From Candidatus Moraniibacteriota bacterium (GTDB lineage: Bacteria > Patescibacteriota > Minisyncoccia > Moranbacterales > GCA-2747515), in contig CP065011.1 in NCBI GenBank assembly GCA_016699795.1, positions 418,474 to 482,473 of the forward strand: a stretch of 64,000 bases of DNA. The letters are read 5' to 3'. Under the pieces are notes generated by a model. The model saw only the letters and a program-made list of their open reading frames with translations. It had not been told where the DNA came from and made no database searches. Position 1 is the stretch's first letter. Each line of letters begins with the position of its first letter. Below are positions 27,931 to 37,102 of this stretch, piece by piece. The position numbers were made by a program, and so were the translations under genes.

Positions 27931-29160
27931 TTAACCAAAAAACATAGCTATTTGACGCACAACTATAAGAGAAATGAGTGCTACTACAAGTCCAATACCT
28001 GAGAATATAACTATTTTTTTACCCGCCTCAATTCTTGCTTCACTTCCCCCTGAGAAAAGATACATGATACCTCCCACAACCATCATAATAATAGAAAGGG
28101 TTCCTATGAGAGTAAGAAGAAGATTTAATGTATTCATGAGTATTGTATAAATAGATGTTGCTTCACTCACTTCCGTAGGAATTTCTGTATTTCCACCAAC
28201 AATCGTATAAATTTCATTTAAAAACGTTGGCGCCGCTATCCCTAGAGCAAGTCCTATCATAGAAGCCAGAATTGCTCCCTTGGCAAGCGTTAGCATCTTT
28301 TCATTCCCCGAACTCGTTATATAAAGAACTGCTCCGATTATAATAAACACCAATGATAAAACAACAATGACTCCCTGAAAGAAATTGAGCATCGCAGTAA
28401 TAACTTGCTGTAATGTATTATATTTAAAAGGATTTAAAAATTGGTAGTACGCCGAAGTCCCCCCTCCAGCACTTCCTCCTGGAGGAGGCGTGCTAACTTT
28501 ACAGCAAATTTTACCTGAATCACATGGTATGCTCAGTAATTTAGTTCCCGTACACTCCGCATCCGAAACACAAGATCCCCCAGCAGCTTGACATTTATCT
28601 TGTGTCGTGTTTTGTGTGCAACACTTAGGTGTTGTGGGTGTTGTTGGACATTCACCAGCAGAAGTCCAACCCGCTGAACAAGTTGCAAAACAAACACCAT
28701 TTCCACTAGAACAGCTTTGGGCGCTCGGGATACAACATTGCGGAGTAGCTCCCTTACAAGGAGAAGTAGAATCAGTGAAAGATTTCTCGTTTGCTCCACA
28801 ACTCGCTTTGCACGAACCTTGTCCCTGTGCACACTTAACTTCAGGAGTTGAGTCTTTGCAACAGACAGTATTGGGATCTCCATCACAATTCCCCTGACCA
28901 GGATCTTTTCCGGCAGGACAAATTCCCGCACCAGGAATACATTGTGCTGGGGCTTGACAAGTTGATATCTTTTCAGTACAAGGTTTTACAATATTTGGAT
29001 AAAAACTTTGTCTATTTTGACATTCTCCTATAGTAGAAAAACATTGCTCAATTTGAGATCCTGAAACATTAGCTATAAAACAATACTGAGCAGCCAAAGA
29101 ATCTTGAGCTGAGAAAAAAAATATTCCGAAGGCAAGAAATAAAACAAGGAAAAATCGCAT
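27931..29160 (-). CDS. Cys-rich extracellular domain fused to two TrbC/VirB2-like pilin modules
   Basis: Signal peptide, about 200 aa with more than 30 Cys in CxxC/KCC patterns, then two 'YITSSGN...AKG..LASMIGLALGI' pilin-like modules. Confidence 0.65.
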   Translation of the reverse strand: MRFFLVLFLAFGIFFFSAQDSLAAQYCFIANVSGSQIEQCFSTIGECQNRQSFYPNIVKPCTEKISTCQAPAQCIPGAGICPAGKDPGQGNCDGDPNTVCCKDSTPEVKCAQGQGSCKASCGANEKSFTDSTSPCKGATPQCCIPSAQSCSSGNGVCFATCSAGWTSAGECPTTPTTPKCCTQNTTQDKCQAAGGSCVSDAECTGTKLLSIPCDSGKICCKVSTPPPGGSAGGGTSAYYQFLNPFKYNTLQQVITAMLNFFQGVIVVLSLVFIIIGAVLYITSSGNEKMLTLAKGAILASMIGLALGIAAPTFLNEIYTIVGGNTEIPTEVSEATSIYTILMNTLNLLLTLIGTLSIIMMVVGGIMYLFSGGSEARIEAGKKIVIFSGIGLVVALISLIVVRQIAMFFG

Positions 29161-29192
29161 ACATTTTATACATCTTATTTATTCTACATTCA

Positions 29193-29603
29193 CTAAAATA
29201 ACGAATTTCCATTCAACCACGCATCTACGGCATAAATGATAATAAGTCCAGATAATGCAGTAATAACACCCACTATTGACCAAATCATATATCGTTTAGC
29301 ACTGTCGATTTGATTCTCATCCCCTCCTGAAGTGAGGTACATAATACCTGAAACCACAAAAGCAATAATAGCAATAATTCCGAAAATACTCAAAATCCAT
29401 TTAAGAAAAGTATCCAAAACCGACCAAATAGGATTAGCGGGATCAGCTCCCTCAGAAAGTCCTGTCTCCGTAGGAACGCAAACACCTGAAAGCACATCAA
29501 AACCATCAGGGCATTCAGTTACAGCCTGTGACGTTTGAGAAAAAATAAAAAATAAACTAAAAAAAAGAATCAGAGCGAATGAAGAAAAAAAAGTGTATTT
29601 CAT
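29193..29603 (-). CDS. TrbC/VirB2-like pilin-family protein
   Basis: Signal peptide plus 'IIAIIAFVVSGIMYLTSGGDENQIDSAKRYMIWSIVGVITALSGLIII'. Confidence 0.7.
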   Translation of the reverse strand: MKYTFFSSFALILFFSLFFIFSQTSQAVTECPDGFDVLSGVCVPTETGLSEGADPANPIWSVLDTFLKWILSIFGIIAIIAFVVSGIMYLTSGGDENQIDSAKRYMIWSIVGVITALSGLIIIYAVDAWLNGNSLF

Positions 29604-29636
29604 ATATTTTTTATTTTATTCTTTTTTATGTAAAAA

Positions 29637-30020
29637 TTAAAAAAGAGCATTTCCATCAAGCCAATTACTTACCGCTGTAAGAATAATAACTCCTGAAAGT
29701 GCTATTACCACACCTATGATAGATCCTATCATATAGCGTTTAGCTGACTCTGTTTGTTTTTCATCCCCTCCTGAAGTGAGATACATAATACCGGAAATCA
29801 CAAAGGCAATAATGGCAATCATTCCCAAAATATACAAAAGCCAAAGCATAAGATTTTGAATAGTCTCCGCAATAGTTTTACTAGAAAGTCCGTAACCCGT
29901 ATAATTCCCCTTATTCCATCCAGAAGTAAGTGCAAGAGCGTGAGAAGAAACAAATGTTATTCCCAAAAGAATTATTCCCGGGAGAAAGGTCATTAACGAT
30001 TTTTTTTGATTCTTTTCCAT
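29637..30020 (-). CDS. TrbC/VirB2-like pilin-family protein
   Basis: 'IAIIAFVISGIMYLTSGGDEKQTESAKRYMIGSIIGVVIALSGVIIL'. Confidence 0.7.
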   Translation of the reverse strand: MEKNQKKSLMTFLPGIILLGITFVSSHALALTSGWNKGNYTGYGLSSKTIAETIQNLMLWLLYILGMIAIIAFVISGIMYLTSGGDEKQTESAKRYMIGSIIGVVIALSGVIILTAVSNWLDGNALF

Positions 30021-30201
30021 ATTTTTATTTTTTCAATAAAACTTATACATGTAGAATACCACAGATTTCCTTCTACACAAAACGACGCTTTTTCGCGTCG
30101 TTTTATCCTTTTCTCTTAAAGAGTGTAAGTTTTTATTCAATATATCTTTTGAGCTTAATTCTCTGCTAAAACAAAAATCTTTCTGTATTATTTGGAAAAA
30201 A

Positions 30202-30558
30202 TTAAAAATCATTACTTCCAGCAAGCCAACTATTTACAGCTGTAAGAATAATGAGACCTAGCAGGGCTACTACTACTCCTATTATAGCATACACCATAGC
30301 ATTCTTTGCTGTAGAGGCTCTATCATCACTTCCACCAGAAGTAAGATAGATCAAACCGGAGATCACAAAAGCAATAATAGCAATCATTCCCAAAATATAA
30401 AGAAGCCATTGCATAAGCCTTTGGATAACTGACCAGATTGTAGATTGTGATAATCCTGAACCATAACCTCCGGTACTAAGTTGAGCACTTACCGCTGCAG
30501 GAACAGTAAGAACGCACAAACTCAAAACATAGAAAGCTTTTTTTATAGTATTGATCAT
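30202..30558 (-). CDS. TrbC/VirB2-like pilin-family protein (tandem paralog A)
   Basis: 'IAIIAFVISGLIYLTSGGSDDRASTAKNAMVYAIIGVVVALLGLIIL'. Near-identical to 30911-31273 outside a variable mature N-terminal region. Confidence 0.7.
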   Translation of the reverse strand: MINTIKKAFYVLSLCVLTVPAAVSAQLSTGGYGSGLSQSTIWSVIQRLMQWLLYILGMIAIIAFVISGLIYLTSGGSDDRASTAKNAMVYAIIGVVVALLGLIILTAVNSWLAGSNDF

Positions 30559-30638
30559 TTTTCTTCACCTCCTTTCATTGTATTTTCGTTCATTTTTTTA
30601 TTTCTTTTATCTTTGTACTGAAAGTATATCATTTTTTT

Positions 30639-30821
30639 CTACTCAAGCAAAATACTGAGGGTGTAGAAAATAATCATAATCATAAGAATTCCTAATAAAC
30701 CCACGAGAGCAAAAAAAGTTGATCTTTTGGCCCGTTCTATATTTTTCGCATCTCCTCTTGAAAAAAGATATAAAACTCCAGAAAAAACAAAAGTAAGAAG
30801 GAAGATAGTGCCTGAGATCAT
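30639..30821 (-). CDS. Mini pilin-like membrane protein (60 aa)
   Basis: 'VLYLFSRGDAKNIERAKRSTFFALVGLLGILMI' matches the same motif. Identical to the C-terminal 60 aa of 31354-31623. Confidence 0.4.
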   Translation of the reverse strand: MISGTIFLLTFVFSGVLYLFSRGDAKNIERAKRSTFFALVGLLGILMIMIIFYTLSILLE

Positions 30822-30910
30822 GAAAAGGCCCTTCTAAATAATGTAAAGTATTTTTCTCCAAATAAAAACAGTGCTCGAGTGCACTGTTTTTATTTGAGTT
30901 CTCAATAAAA

Positions 30911-31273
30911 TTAGAATTCATTAGAATTCAATAGCCATGCATTAGCTGCATTAAGAATAATGAGACCTAGCAGGGCTACTACTACTCCTATTATAGCATA
31001 TACCATGGCATTCTTTGCTGTAGAGGCTCTATCTTCGTTCCCACCAGAAGTAAGATAGATCAAACCGGAAATCACAAAAGCGATTACCGCAACAAATCCA
31101 AGAATATAAAGAAGCCATTGCATAAGTCTTTGGATAGTCTCCCAAATTGTAGATGTTGATAACTCAGAGTCGGTCTTATATTGAGCCATATCTAATTGAG
31201 CACTTACCGCTGCAGGAACAGTAAGAACGCACAAACTCAAAACATAGAAAGCTTTTTTTATAGTATTGATCAT
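30911..31273 (-). CDS. TrbC/VirB2-like pilin-family protein (tandem paralog B)
   Basis: Same signal peptide and C-terminal module as 30202-30558. The variable region reads 'DMAQYKTDSELSTSTIWETIQ'. Confidence 0.7.
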   Translation of the reverse strand: MINTIKKAFYVLSLCVLTVPAAVSAQLDMAQYKTDSELSTSTIWETIQRLMQWLLYILGFVAVIAFVISGLIYLTSGGNEDRASTAKNAMVYAIIGVVVALLGLIILNAANAWLLNSNEF

Positions 31274-31353
31274 TTTTCTTCACCTCCTTTCATTGTATTT
31301 TCGTTCATTTTTTTATTTCTTTTATCTTTGTACTGAAAGTATATCATTTTTTT

Positions 31354-31623
31354 CTACTCAAGCAAAATACTGAGGGTGTAGAAAATAATCATAATCATAA
31401 GAATTCCTAATAAACCCACGAGAGCAAAAAAAGTTGATCTTTTGGCCCGTTCTATATTTTTCGCATCTCCTCTTGAAAAAAGATATAAAACTCCAGAAAA
31501 AACAAAAGTAAGAAGGAAGATAGTGCCTGAGATCGTGAGAAGAAAAAAGAATATCTTACGAAGAACTTCTGCTACCTTGGGAGCATCATCAATAACTCCA
31601 GCTTGGGCTATTTCAAAAATCAT
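31354..31623 (-). CDS. Mini pilin-like membrane protein (89 aa; N-terminal extension relative to 30639-30821)
   Basis: The C-terminal 60 aa are identical to 30639-30821. Confidence 0.45.
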   Translation of the reverse strand: MIFEIAQAGVIDDAPKVAEVLRKIFFFLLTISGTIFLLTFVFSGVLYLFSRGDAKNIERAKRSTFFALVGLLGILMIMIIFYTLSILLE

Positions 31624-31636
31624 AGATATATTACTT

Positions 31637-33034
31637 TTATCGACGAGAAAGTGTTCGAATACGTTCCTCTAAAAGACGAACAGCTTCAAAAATAGTTGTT
31701 TTCGCCGAATGAACATCATCAATTATTTGAGCCATTGTTGTTTCTATAGCGTCAGCATCATATTGTCTCCATGATCTTGCGATGAGATTTCCTGTTACGA
31801 AAGGCCCGAGAATGGGATCAGTTTTCTGTTCTTCAATAAGATCTCTTCTTGCTGCGGGAGATTTTGTTTTTTCTACATACACCTTAGCAGGATTTATTCC
31901 TATAGAAATTTCTTTTTGATTCCCTGATATAATATTTGTGAATAATTGAGGTCCTCCTTTGTGTACTGTGAGATAACGAAGGTATTGCCAAGATTCAAAA
32001 ATTCTTACGTCATCTTTATAAGCAGGATCAATTTCTCCTTGCGCTTTTTTATTTTTTGCTACAACGAATACCCAATAATTGGGATAATTAATTTCTGAAG
32101 CAGATCCCGCAAATTGAGGAAGGGGTGCTACAGCAAAGTTTAAGCGAGGATTCTTTCGTTTTATCGTTTCGTACTGCCAAGAATAATTTAGCATCATTGC
32201 CAAATCACCTTCTTGAAAAGCGTCTATGGAATAATCTTCCCGAAGATTCCAGCTATAGTAGGGAGAATTGATATCAGCAAATTGCTCATAAAACTGCAAA
32301 GCCTCTTGGCCTTTTGATCCTAGTATAGAAGAGGGGGCAGTCTTTTCTCTTGTTGTAAATTCTAGATTTGTTCCGAACTGAAGAAATAACATATTCAAAA
32401 TATCTGTAGCTCTATTAATATTTTTTGCCGTTCCTAAGGAAGTACCACTTCTTGTAATAGATCCTAGATTATCTTTTCTCGTTAACTGATTCGTAAGGGC
32501 AAGAAATTGATCCCATGTTTTTGGAGGATTCGTTATTCCTTCTATGTTAAAAATATCTTTGTTATAGTAAAGAGCTAAAGAATCAACGGAAAGGGGTAAT
32601 CCGTAAATTTTATCATCCAAAATAACATCATTAGCAACGACATCTACAAACTCTCTTTGGACAGTATCTCTGTTTAAAATTGCTCCAGAAGGAACGGGTG
32701 CTATTTTATCTTGAAATTCAGGAATCCATGTATTTCGAATAAGAAAAACATCAGGACCCTCTCCCGAAGCTAGTGCGGAAAGAAGATCTCTTTTGTACTC
32801 ATCCACAAGAACCTTTTTGTGTGTAATAGAAGATATAAACGGACTAGCAGTTTCATAAGCATCATTAATTTCAGCATATGCATAACTATCTTCTGTTGGT
32901 CCCCAAACTTCTAATTCAAGCTGATATCCTTCAGGACCCGAAACGGTAACATAAATAAGAAAAAGAATAGCTATTATCAAAAGAACCAAACCAACAGCTG
33001 CTGCAATATATGCAGGAAATTTTGATTTCATCAT
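31637..33034 (-). CDS. Extracellular solute-binding protein (ABC transporter SBP family 1-like), membrane-anchored
   Basis: N-terminal TM anchor, about 430-aa periplasmic-binding-protein-like domain ('LEVWGPTEDSYAY...', 'NYPNYWVFVVAKN'). Confidence 0.7.
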   Translation of the reverse strand: MMKSKFPAYIAAAVGLVLLIIAILFLIYVTVSGPEGYQLELEVWGPTEDSYAYAEINDAYETASPFISSITHKKVLVDEYKRDLLSALASGEGPDVFLIRNTWIPEFQDKIAPVPSGAILNRDTVQREFVDVVANDVILDDKIYGLPLSVDSLALYYNKDIFNIEGITNPPKTWDQFLALTNQLTRKDNLGSITRSGTSLGTAKNINRATDILNMLFLQFGTNLEFTTREKTAPSSILGSKGQEALQFYEQFADINSPYYSWNLREDYSIDAFQEGDLAMMLNYSWQYETIKRKNPRLNFAVAPLPQFAGSASEINYPNYWVFVVAKNKKAQGEIDPAYKDDVRIFESWQYLRYLTVHKGGPQLFTNIISGNQKEISIGINPAKVYVEKTKSPAARRDLIEEQKTDPILGPFVTGNLIARSWRQYDADAIETTMAQIIDDVHSAKTTIFEAVRLLEERIRTLSRR

Positions 33035-33615
33035 ATCGCTTTTTCTTTTTTAATAAAAAGGAACCCGTAATGATAATCTCCTACAGAGACAACACGTTCA
33101 TCCCCAAGGCCAACTTCGTAAGCAAGTTTTAAAAGATCTTCTTTACGTAATCGTTTTTCAAGAGGTGGTCCTAAAACATTAGAAGGATCTGAATCCCATT
33201 CAGCTAGAAAAACCATTCCTCCAAGAGCAAGAACCCTCACAATTTCTTCCAAAATAACTTTCTTATCTTGGTTCATAAAAAGAATGTCTTTAGCAATGAC
33301 AAGATCAATACTCGCATCATCAAGTGTTGATCCTCCTAATTTTTCTAAATTTACTCTTCTTGTTTCGATACTATTTAAAGATTCCATCATCGCACGACTC
33401 TCTACAGACTCTAATGCTTGAGTCAAGATATCTAATGCATATACTTTTCCAGAAGGTGCTACGCGTCGTGCTGCCTCAATAGTAAAATGTCCAGCTCCTG
33501 TACCAAAATCAGCAACATGCATCCCTAAGCGAATAGGTATCTGATCAAAAATTTTATTTGGTTCAAGAAATGATTTTGTTTTTATAGTTTCATTTGGCGA
33601 AGTGTTCGGATCCAT
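33031..33615 (-). CDS. Class I SAM-dependent methyltransferase
   Basis: 'HVADFGTGAGHFTIEAARRV' (motif I GxGxG), 'VYALDI' (motif II), 'IDLVIAKDILF' (motif III). 4-nt overlap with the SBP gene. Confidence 0.75.
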   Translation of the reverse strand: MDPNTSPNETIKTKSFLEPNKIFDQIPIRLGMHVADFGTGAGHFTIEAARRVAPSGKVYALDILTQALESVESRAMMESLNSIETRRVNLEKLGGSTLDDASIDLVIAKDILFMNQDKKVILEEIVRVLALGGMVFLAEWDSDPSNVLGPPLEKRLRKEDLLKLAYEVGLGDERVVSVGDYHYGFLFIKKEKAI

Positions 33616-33853
33616 AATTTTAATTTTTATTCTCTTTTAGTAAGAAAGACATTAAGTATTATATCCTATATTCATCATCTTTACAAAAAAATATTTCCGA
33701 GACAAAAAAAGATGAAAAATAGAGAAAATAAAGTGCTTGCAAAAAGAAAAAAAATCATCTACAAAAAGAAGAGAATGTTTTTATTTTTCAAAAAACTTTA
33801 TAAAAAATAAAATGTTCTGAAATATTTTATTTATATTTTTAGAAAATATTCAA

Positions 33854-33943
33854 GGAGAGATGCTAGAGTGGTCGAATAGGACAGTCTCGAAAACTGTTGT
33901 ATCGGAAACGGTACCGTGGGTTCGAATCCCACTCTCTCCGCCA
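33854..33943 (+). tRNA. tRNA-Ser (anticodon CGA), long variable arm, CCA encoded
   Basis: Acceptor GGAGAGA/TCTCTCC+G+CCA, anticodon stem ACAGT/ACTGT with loop CTCGAAA, T-arm GTGGG-TTCGAAT-CCCAC. Confidence 0.85.
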
Positions 33944-35449
33944 AAATTGGAAATCGGAATCAGAAGCCGAAATGGGGTCGGCGCGAAGCGCCGACGCAAA
34001 CGCATTCCCGCCAAAAATTCCCGAATTCAAAAGGTTTTTCCACGCTCCGCGTGGCTCAAAAAAGACGGTTCGATCCTTAATTTGAAAGTTCGAACCGACT
34101 TTTTTAAACAAATGAAGAAATTCTTCATTTGTTTTCTCGTTAGCCAATTCCACCATATAAATATTGGCTTTTAGAAGATTTTCGGTAAGTTCGAACCGAT
34201 TATTGGATTTTTTCTCAAAAGCCGATAATTTCTCTTTTAAAAGTTGTTTTTGATTCACTAACTTATTTTTAGAATCACGATATTCTTCCAAAGACAGAAC
34301 ATTTTCTAAATATAAGTTCATCAACTTTTCAACTTTTGAATCCAAAAGAGAAATTTCATCTTTTGTTTTTTGAGAAAAAATCTCACTCGATTGATTTTCT
34401 GATTGTCGGTTTTTCTCATTTTCGACAATCATCCAATTTGCCCAATCGAGTGGCAAAGAAACTTTTTTGATACTTTCTGCAATTTGAGAAGTGATGAGTT
34501 CTTCGCGAACATATTTTTGCAAGCAAGGATTTTTCCGTTTGGTACATCGCAAATAATTATGACCTTTTTGGGTTTCAGTGGTAATGAAACAACCACATTC
34601 TCCACAACGGAAAAATCCTCTATACAAAAATGGTTTCAGTCCTTTGGAGTGAGGTTTAGATTTCCTCATCATCACTTCTTGAACGGAATCAAAAAGTTTC
34701 TTTGTGATAATCGGTTCGTGCTTACCCTCAAAAATCTCTCCGTTATACCTCATTAAACCCGTATAGATAGGATTTTTGAGGATTTGCTGATAGTTCGACA
34801 CCGCAAGTTCCTTTCCGCTTTTTCGCTTCAATCCAAGTCCGTTAAATTTGTCGCGGAGTTGTCGCAAAGTGAAAGACCCAGACGAATATGCCTCAAATGT
34901 CTTTTTAATCAGTTTAGCAATTTCAATATCGGGAATGATTCCAGCACCTTTCACATTTACATATCCGAGCGGAGACATTTGAGGCCATATTCCGTCTTTC
35001 ACTTTGTTGCGATGACCTCGTTTGATATTTTCTGACAAGTTATCTACATAATACTTGGATTGCGAAAAAGCGATTGAGAGCATGAACTTGCCTTGCGGTG
35101 TCGGATCACACCAGAAAGTTGGAAATTTTAGCTCGGCAATTTTGCCCGTATCGAGCAAGTAAATAACTTTTCCACCATCAACACTATTTCTCGCTAATCT
35201 GTCGGGATGCCACGCCAAAATTCCATTTGCTTCACCTTGCTCGATACGGAGAAGCATTTCATTAAATACTGGCCGACCCGGAGATTTTGCAGTTTGTTTT
35301 TCTACAAAAATATCAACGACATCAATATCCTCTTTTATCGCCAATAGTTTGAGTTCGGCCAGTTGATCCGAAATGCTTCTCACTTGCCGATCTTCGGTGT
35401 CGATTGATTTGCGAGTATAGATAAAAAACTTTCTGGTGTGATTATTCAT
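33863..35449 (-). CDS. Large serine recombinase (C-terminus uncertain: ORF reads through flanking repeat and tRNA-Ser)
   Basis: 'YTRKSIDTEDRQ' catalytic motif, 'CGECGCFIT' zinc ribbon. Paralogous to 11188-12795. The last ~60 codons are translated repeat/tRNA sequence ('EWDSNPRY'), so the true stop is probably lost or lies near 34100. Confidence 0.75.
   Translation of the reverse strand: MNNHTRKFFIYTRKSIDTEDRQVRSISDQLAELKLLAIKEDIDVVDIFVEKQTAKSPGRPVFNEMLLRIEQGEANGILAWHPDRLARNSVDGGKVIYLLDTGKIAELKFPTFWCDPTPQGKFMLSIAFSQSKYYVDNLSENIKRGHRNKVKDGIWPQMSPLGYVNVKGAGIIPDIEIAKLIKKTFEAYSSGSFTLRQLRDKFNGLGLKRKSGKELAVSNYQQILKNPIYTGLMRYNGEIFEGKHEPIITKKLFDSVQEVMMRKSKPHSKGLKPFLYRGFFRCGECGCFITTETQKGHNYLRCTKRKNPCLQKYVREELITSQIAESIKKVSLPLDWANWMIVENEKNRQSENQSSEIFSQKTKDEISLLDSKVEKLMNLYLENVLSLEEYRDSKNKLVNQKQLLKEKLSAFEKKSNNRFELTENLLKANIYMVELANEKTNEEFLHLFKKVGSNFQIKDRTVFFEPRGAWKNLLNSGIFGGNAFASALRADPISASDSDFQFWRREWDSNPRYRFRYNSFRDCPIRPL
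34057..34105. terminator. Long near-perfect palindrome (16-bp stem) with A6/T6 flanks; likely terminator/true 3' end of recombinase gene
   Basis: aaaaaagacggttcga ... tcgaaccgactttttt. Confidence 0.45.
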
Positions 35450-35586
35450 AAAATTGTATTGGCAAACGAGGAGCCACGCGGAGCGTGGCGAATCCTTGCA
35501 GAATCAGGATTTTGTGGGGGGAATGCAGAACAGACGGCGCTTCGCGCCGACCATATTTTTGGTTCTGAAACCCTTTTCGAAAAATT

Positions 35587-35945
35587 GCGGTATTCATTGT
35601 ACAAAATTCGAACCTTTTTTGAAACCAATCCCGATGAGGAATGAATCGCCCCGCCACCGCCTCGCAGAGCCTCGGCAACCCCGAAAGAAAAAACACTCCT
35701 TGCATTTCTGATTTGGCGGGGGTGAATTTTCTTTTGAAAAAGGAAAGGGTGTTTTTCTTTCGGGGTTCTGCCCTCCAAGTATTCGGGCAGTGTGGCGGGA
35801 CGAAATGCGGACTCGGTTTTGCCAAAACTATTTTCTGGGGGAAAGGATTTGGCAAAACCTCGACTGAATTTCCCGCCCGCAGGAGGGGTCTGGGGAGGAA
35901 TGCGGGCGGGTTTCGGACTGGGGGTTTTTGGAAATTCGGCGGCTA
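35587..35945. repeat. Left copy of perfect ~359-bp inverted repeat (GC-rich, multi-hairpin, apparently non-coding)
   Basis: It is the reverse-complement of 39017-39375. The 98-120-aa ORFs on both strands have identical translations at the two loci and are low-complexity. Internal hairpins include ccccgaaagaaaaaacac/gtgtttttctttcgggg, ggttttgccaa/ttggcaaaacc and cccgcccgca/tgcgggcggg. Confidence 0.85.
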
Positions 35946-36043
35946 CAAAATCAGAAAATTCAGATTGAATAAATCTATAATTTTTGCTATCATTGTTTTG
36001 TGAGCAAAGAAAGAATCTTCTCATAAGATAATACTATCAAAGT

Positions 36044-36250
36044 TTGGATACTATGGCAACTATATCAGAAAACATAAAACGAATACGAACAAAACAAGGA
36101 TTGACGCAAGACGACTTGGCGAAGAAAGCGGACATCAAATACTCTACCCTTACAAAAATTGAGGGTGGTGTTGTTACAAAACCAAGTGTTCAAACAATCC
36201 AAAAAATCGCCAAGTCGTTGGGCGTTCCTATGGAGGAAATTTTGAAATAA
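36044..36250 (+). CDS. XRE-family helix-turn-helix transcriptional regulator
   Basis: 'IKRIRTKQGLTQDDLAKKADIKYSTLTKIEGG' is a canonical HTH_XRE sequence. 68 aa. Confidence 0.8.
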   Translation: MDTMATISENIKRIRTKQGLTQDDLAKKADIKYSTLTKIEGGVVTKPSVQTIQKIAKSLGVPMEEILK

Positions 36251-36251
36251 T

Positions 36252-37097
36252 ATGGATAATCAAGAAGAACAAAATAATATAGAAGTGCAACCTGATTTGT
36301 ATCTTGAATCACCAAAGGCTTTTCATCTTGAAATGCCTCCTTACCACAATTTTGATTTGTCCACTAAAGCTATTTCAAGAGCCATATATGAAATTTTAAG
36401 TAACAGATCAACTATTGATGCTTATTGTATTTGGTGCGGAAAAGAAGGCGTGTTTAGGGCATACAACTATCTATCTGATAATGTTTCTGTTCCTCCCTGG
36501 ACAAAAAGAAATAATGGATTGATAGAAATAGAGTATCGTTGCACTCGTAACGAATCCCATGCTTACCACACTTATTATTTTAAGGCGGGTGATTTTTTTA
36601 CAAAAGTTGGACAGTTTCCATCTGTTGCTGATTTTCAAATACCTCAAGTTGAGTCGTATCGAAAAATTCTTGACGAAGAACAATATAAGGAATTTACACG
36701 CGGGATCGGTCTATCCGCTCATGGCGTAGGTATCGGTTCATTCGTGTATCTTCGCCGTGTTTTTGAAAATCTTATTGAAGAAGCTCATAATAAAGCAAAG
36801 GCGGAAGACGAATCGTTCTCGGACGAAGCATATATACGAGCAAGAATGGATGACAAAATTGAAATGGTAAAAGAATATTTACCAGAATTCCTTGTCGAAA
36901 ATCGCTCATTATATGCAATTTTGAGTAAAGGTATTCATGCCCTAGGCGAAGATGAGTGTTTGCAATATTTCGAAACAGTGAAAATCGGAATTGAGCAAAT
37001 TCTTGACGAAAAAATTATTGCTAAAGAAAAAGCAGAAAAAGCCGCTTCTGCTCGTGCCGCAATTCAGAAAACACATGGCAAAATAAATGGAGTATAA
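36252..37097 (+). CDS. Hypothetical protein paired with XRE regulator (possible Abi/HEPN-like effector, unassigned)
   Basis: 281 aa. It starts 2 nt after the XRE stop. A CxxC pair lies near the N-terminus. No confident domain assignment. Confidence 0.5.
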   Translation: MDNQEEQNNIEVQPDLYLESPKAFHLEMPPYHNFDLSTKAISRAIYEILSNRSTIDAYCIWCGKEGVFRAYNYLSDNVSVPPWTKRNNGLIEIEYRCTRNESHAYHTYYFKAGDFFTKVGQFPSVADFQIPQVESYRKILDEEQYKEFTRGIGLSAHGVGIGSFVYLRRVFENLIEEAHNKAKAEDESFSDEAYIRARMDDKIEMVKEYLPEFLVENRSLYAILSKGIHALGEDECLQYFETVKIGIEQILDEKIIAKEKAEKAASARAAIQKTHGKINGV

Positions 37098-37102
37098 AAC
37101 TT

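Larger units (their letters stand above)
30202..31623. repeat. Tandem duplication (~710-bp unit x2) of pilin-like gene + mini-pilin gene
   Basis: 30546-30820 and 31261-31535 are near-identical, including the gene start and upstream region. The units diverge only in the segment encoding the mature N-terminus of the pilin-like protein. Confidence 0.8.

Noticed and set aside
28533-29033. ORFs on the plus strand and alternate minus frames inside the Cys-rich pilin gene (28533-28931, 28607-28897, 28848-29033)
   Set aside because: They are embedded in and antisense or out-of-frame to a well-supported secreted-protein gene, with no independent signals.
33860-34174. Plus-strand ORFs 33860-34174 and 33897-34085 overlapping tRNA-Ser and the recombinase 3' region
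   Set aside because: They are translations of the tRNA gene and the att-like repeat ('VRIPLSPP' is the translated tRNA T-arm), so they are spurious.
35442-36024. ORFs of 85-192 aa on both strands across the left inverted repeat (35442-35855, 35446-36024, 35454-35711, 35641-36003), duplicated exactly at the right repeat (38929-39321, 39107-39403, 39184-39456)
   Set aside because: The translations are low-complexity, Gly/Arg/Pro-rich, overlap each other on both strands and simply mirror the GC-rich repeat. They are treated as non-coding repeat sequence rather than genes.
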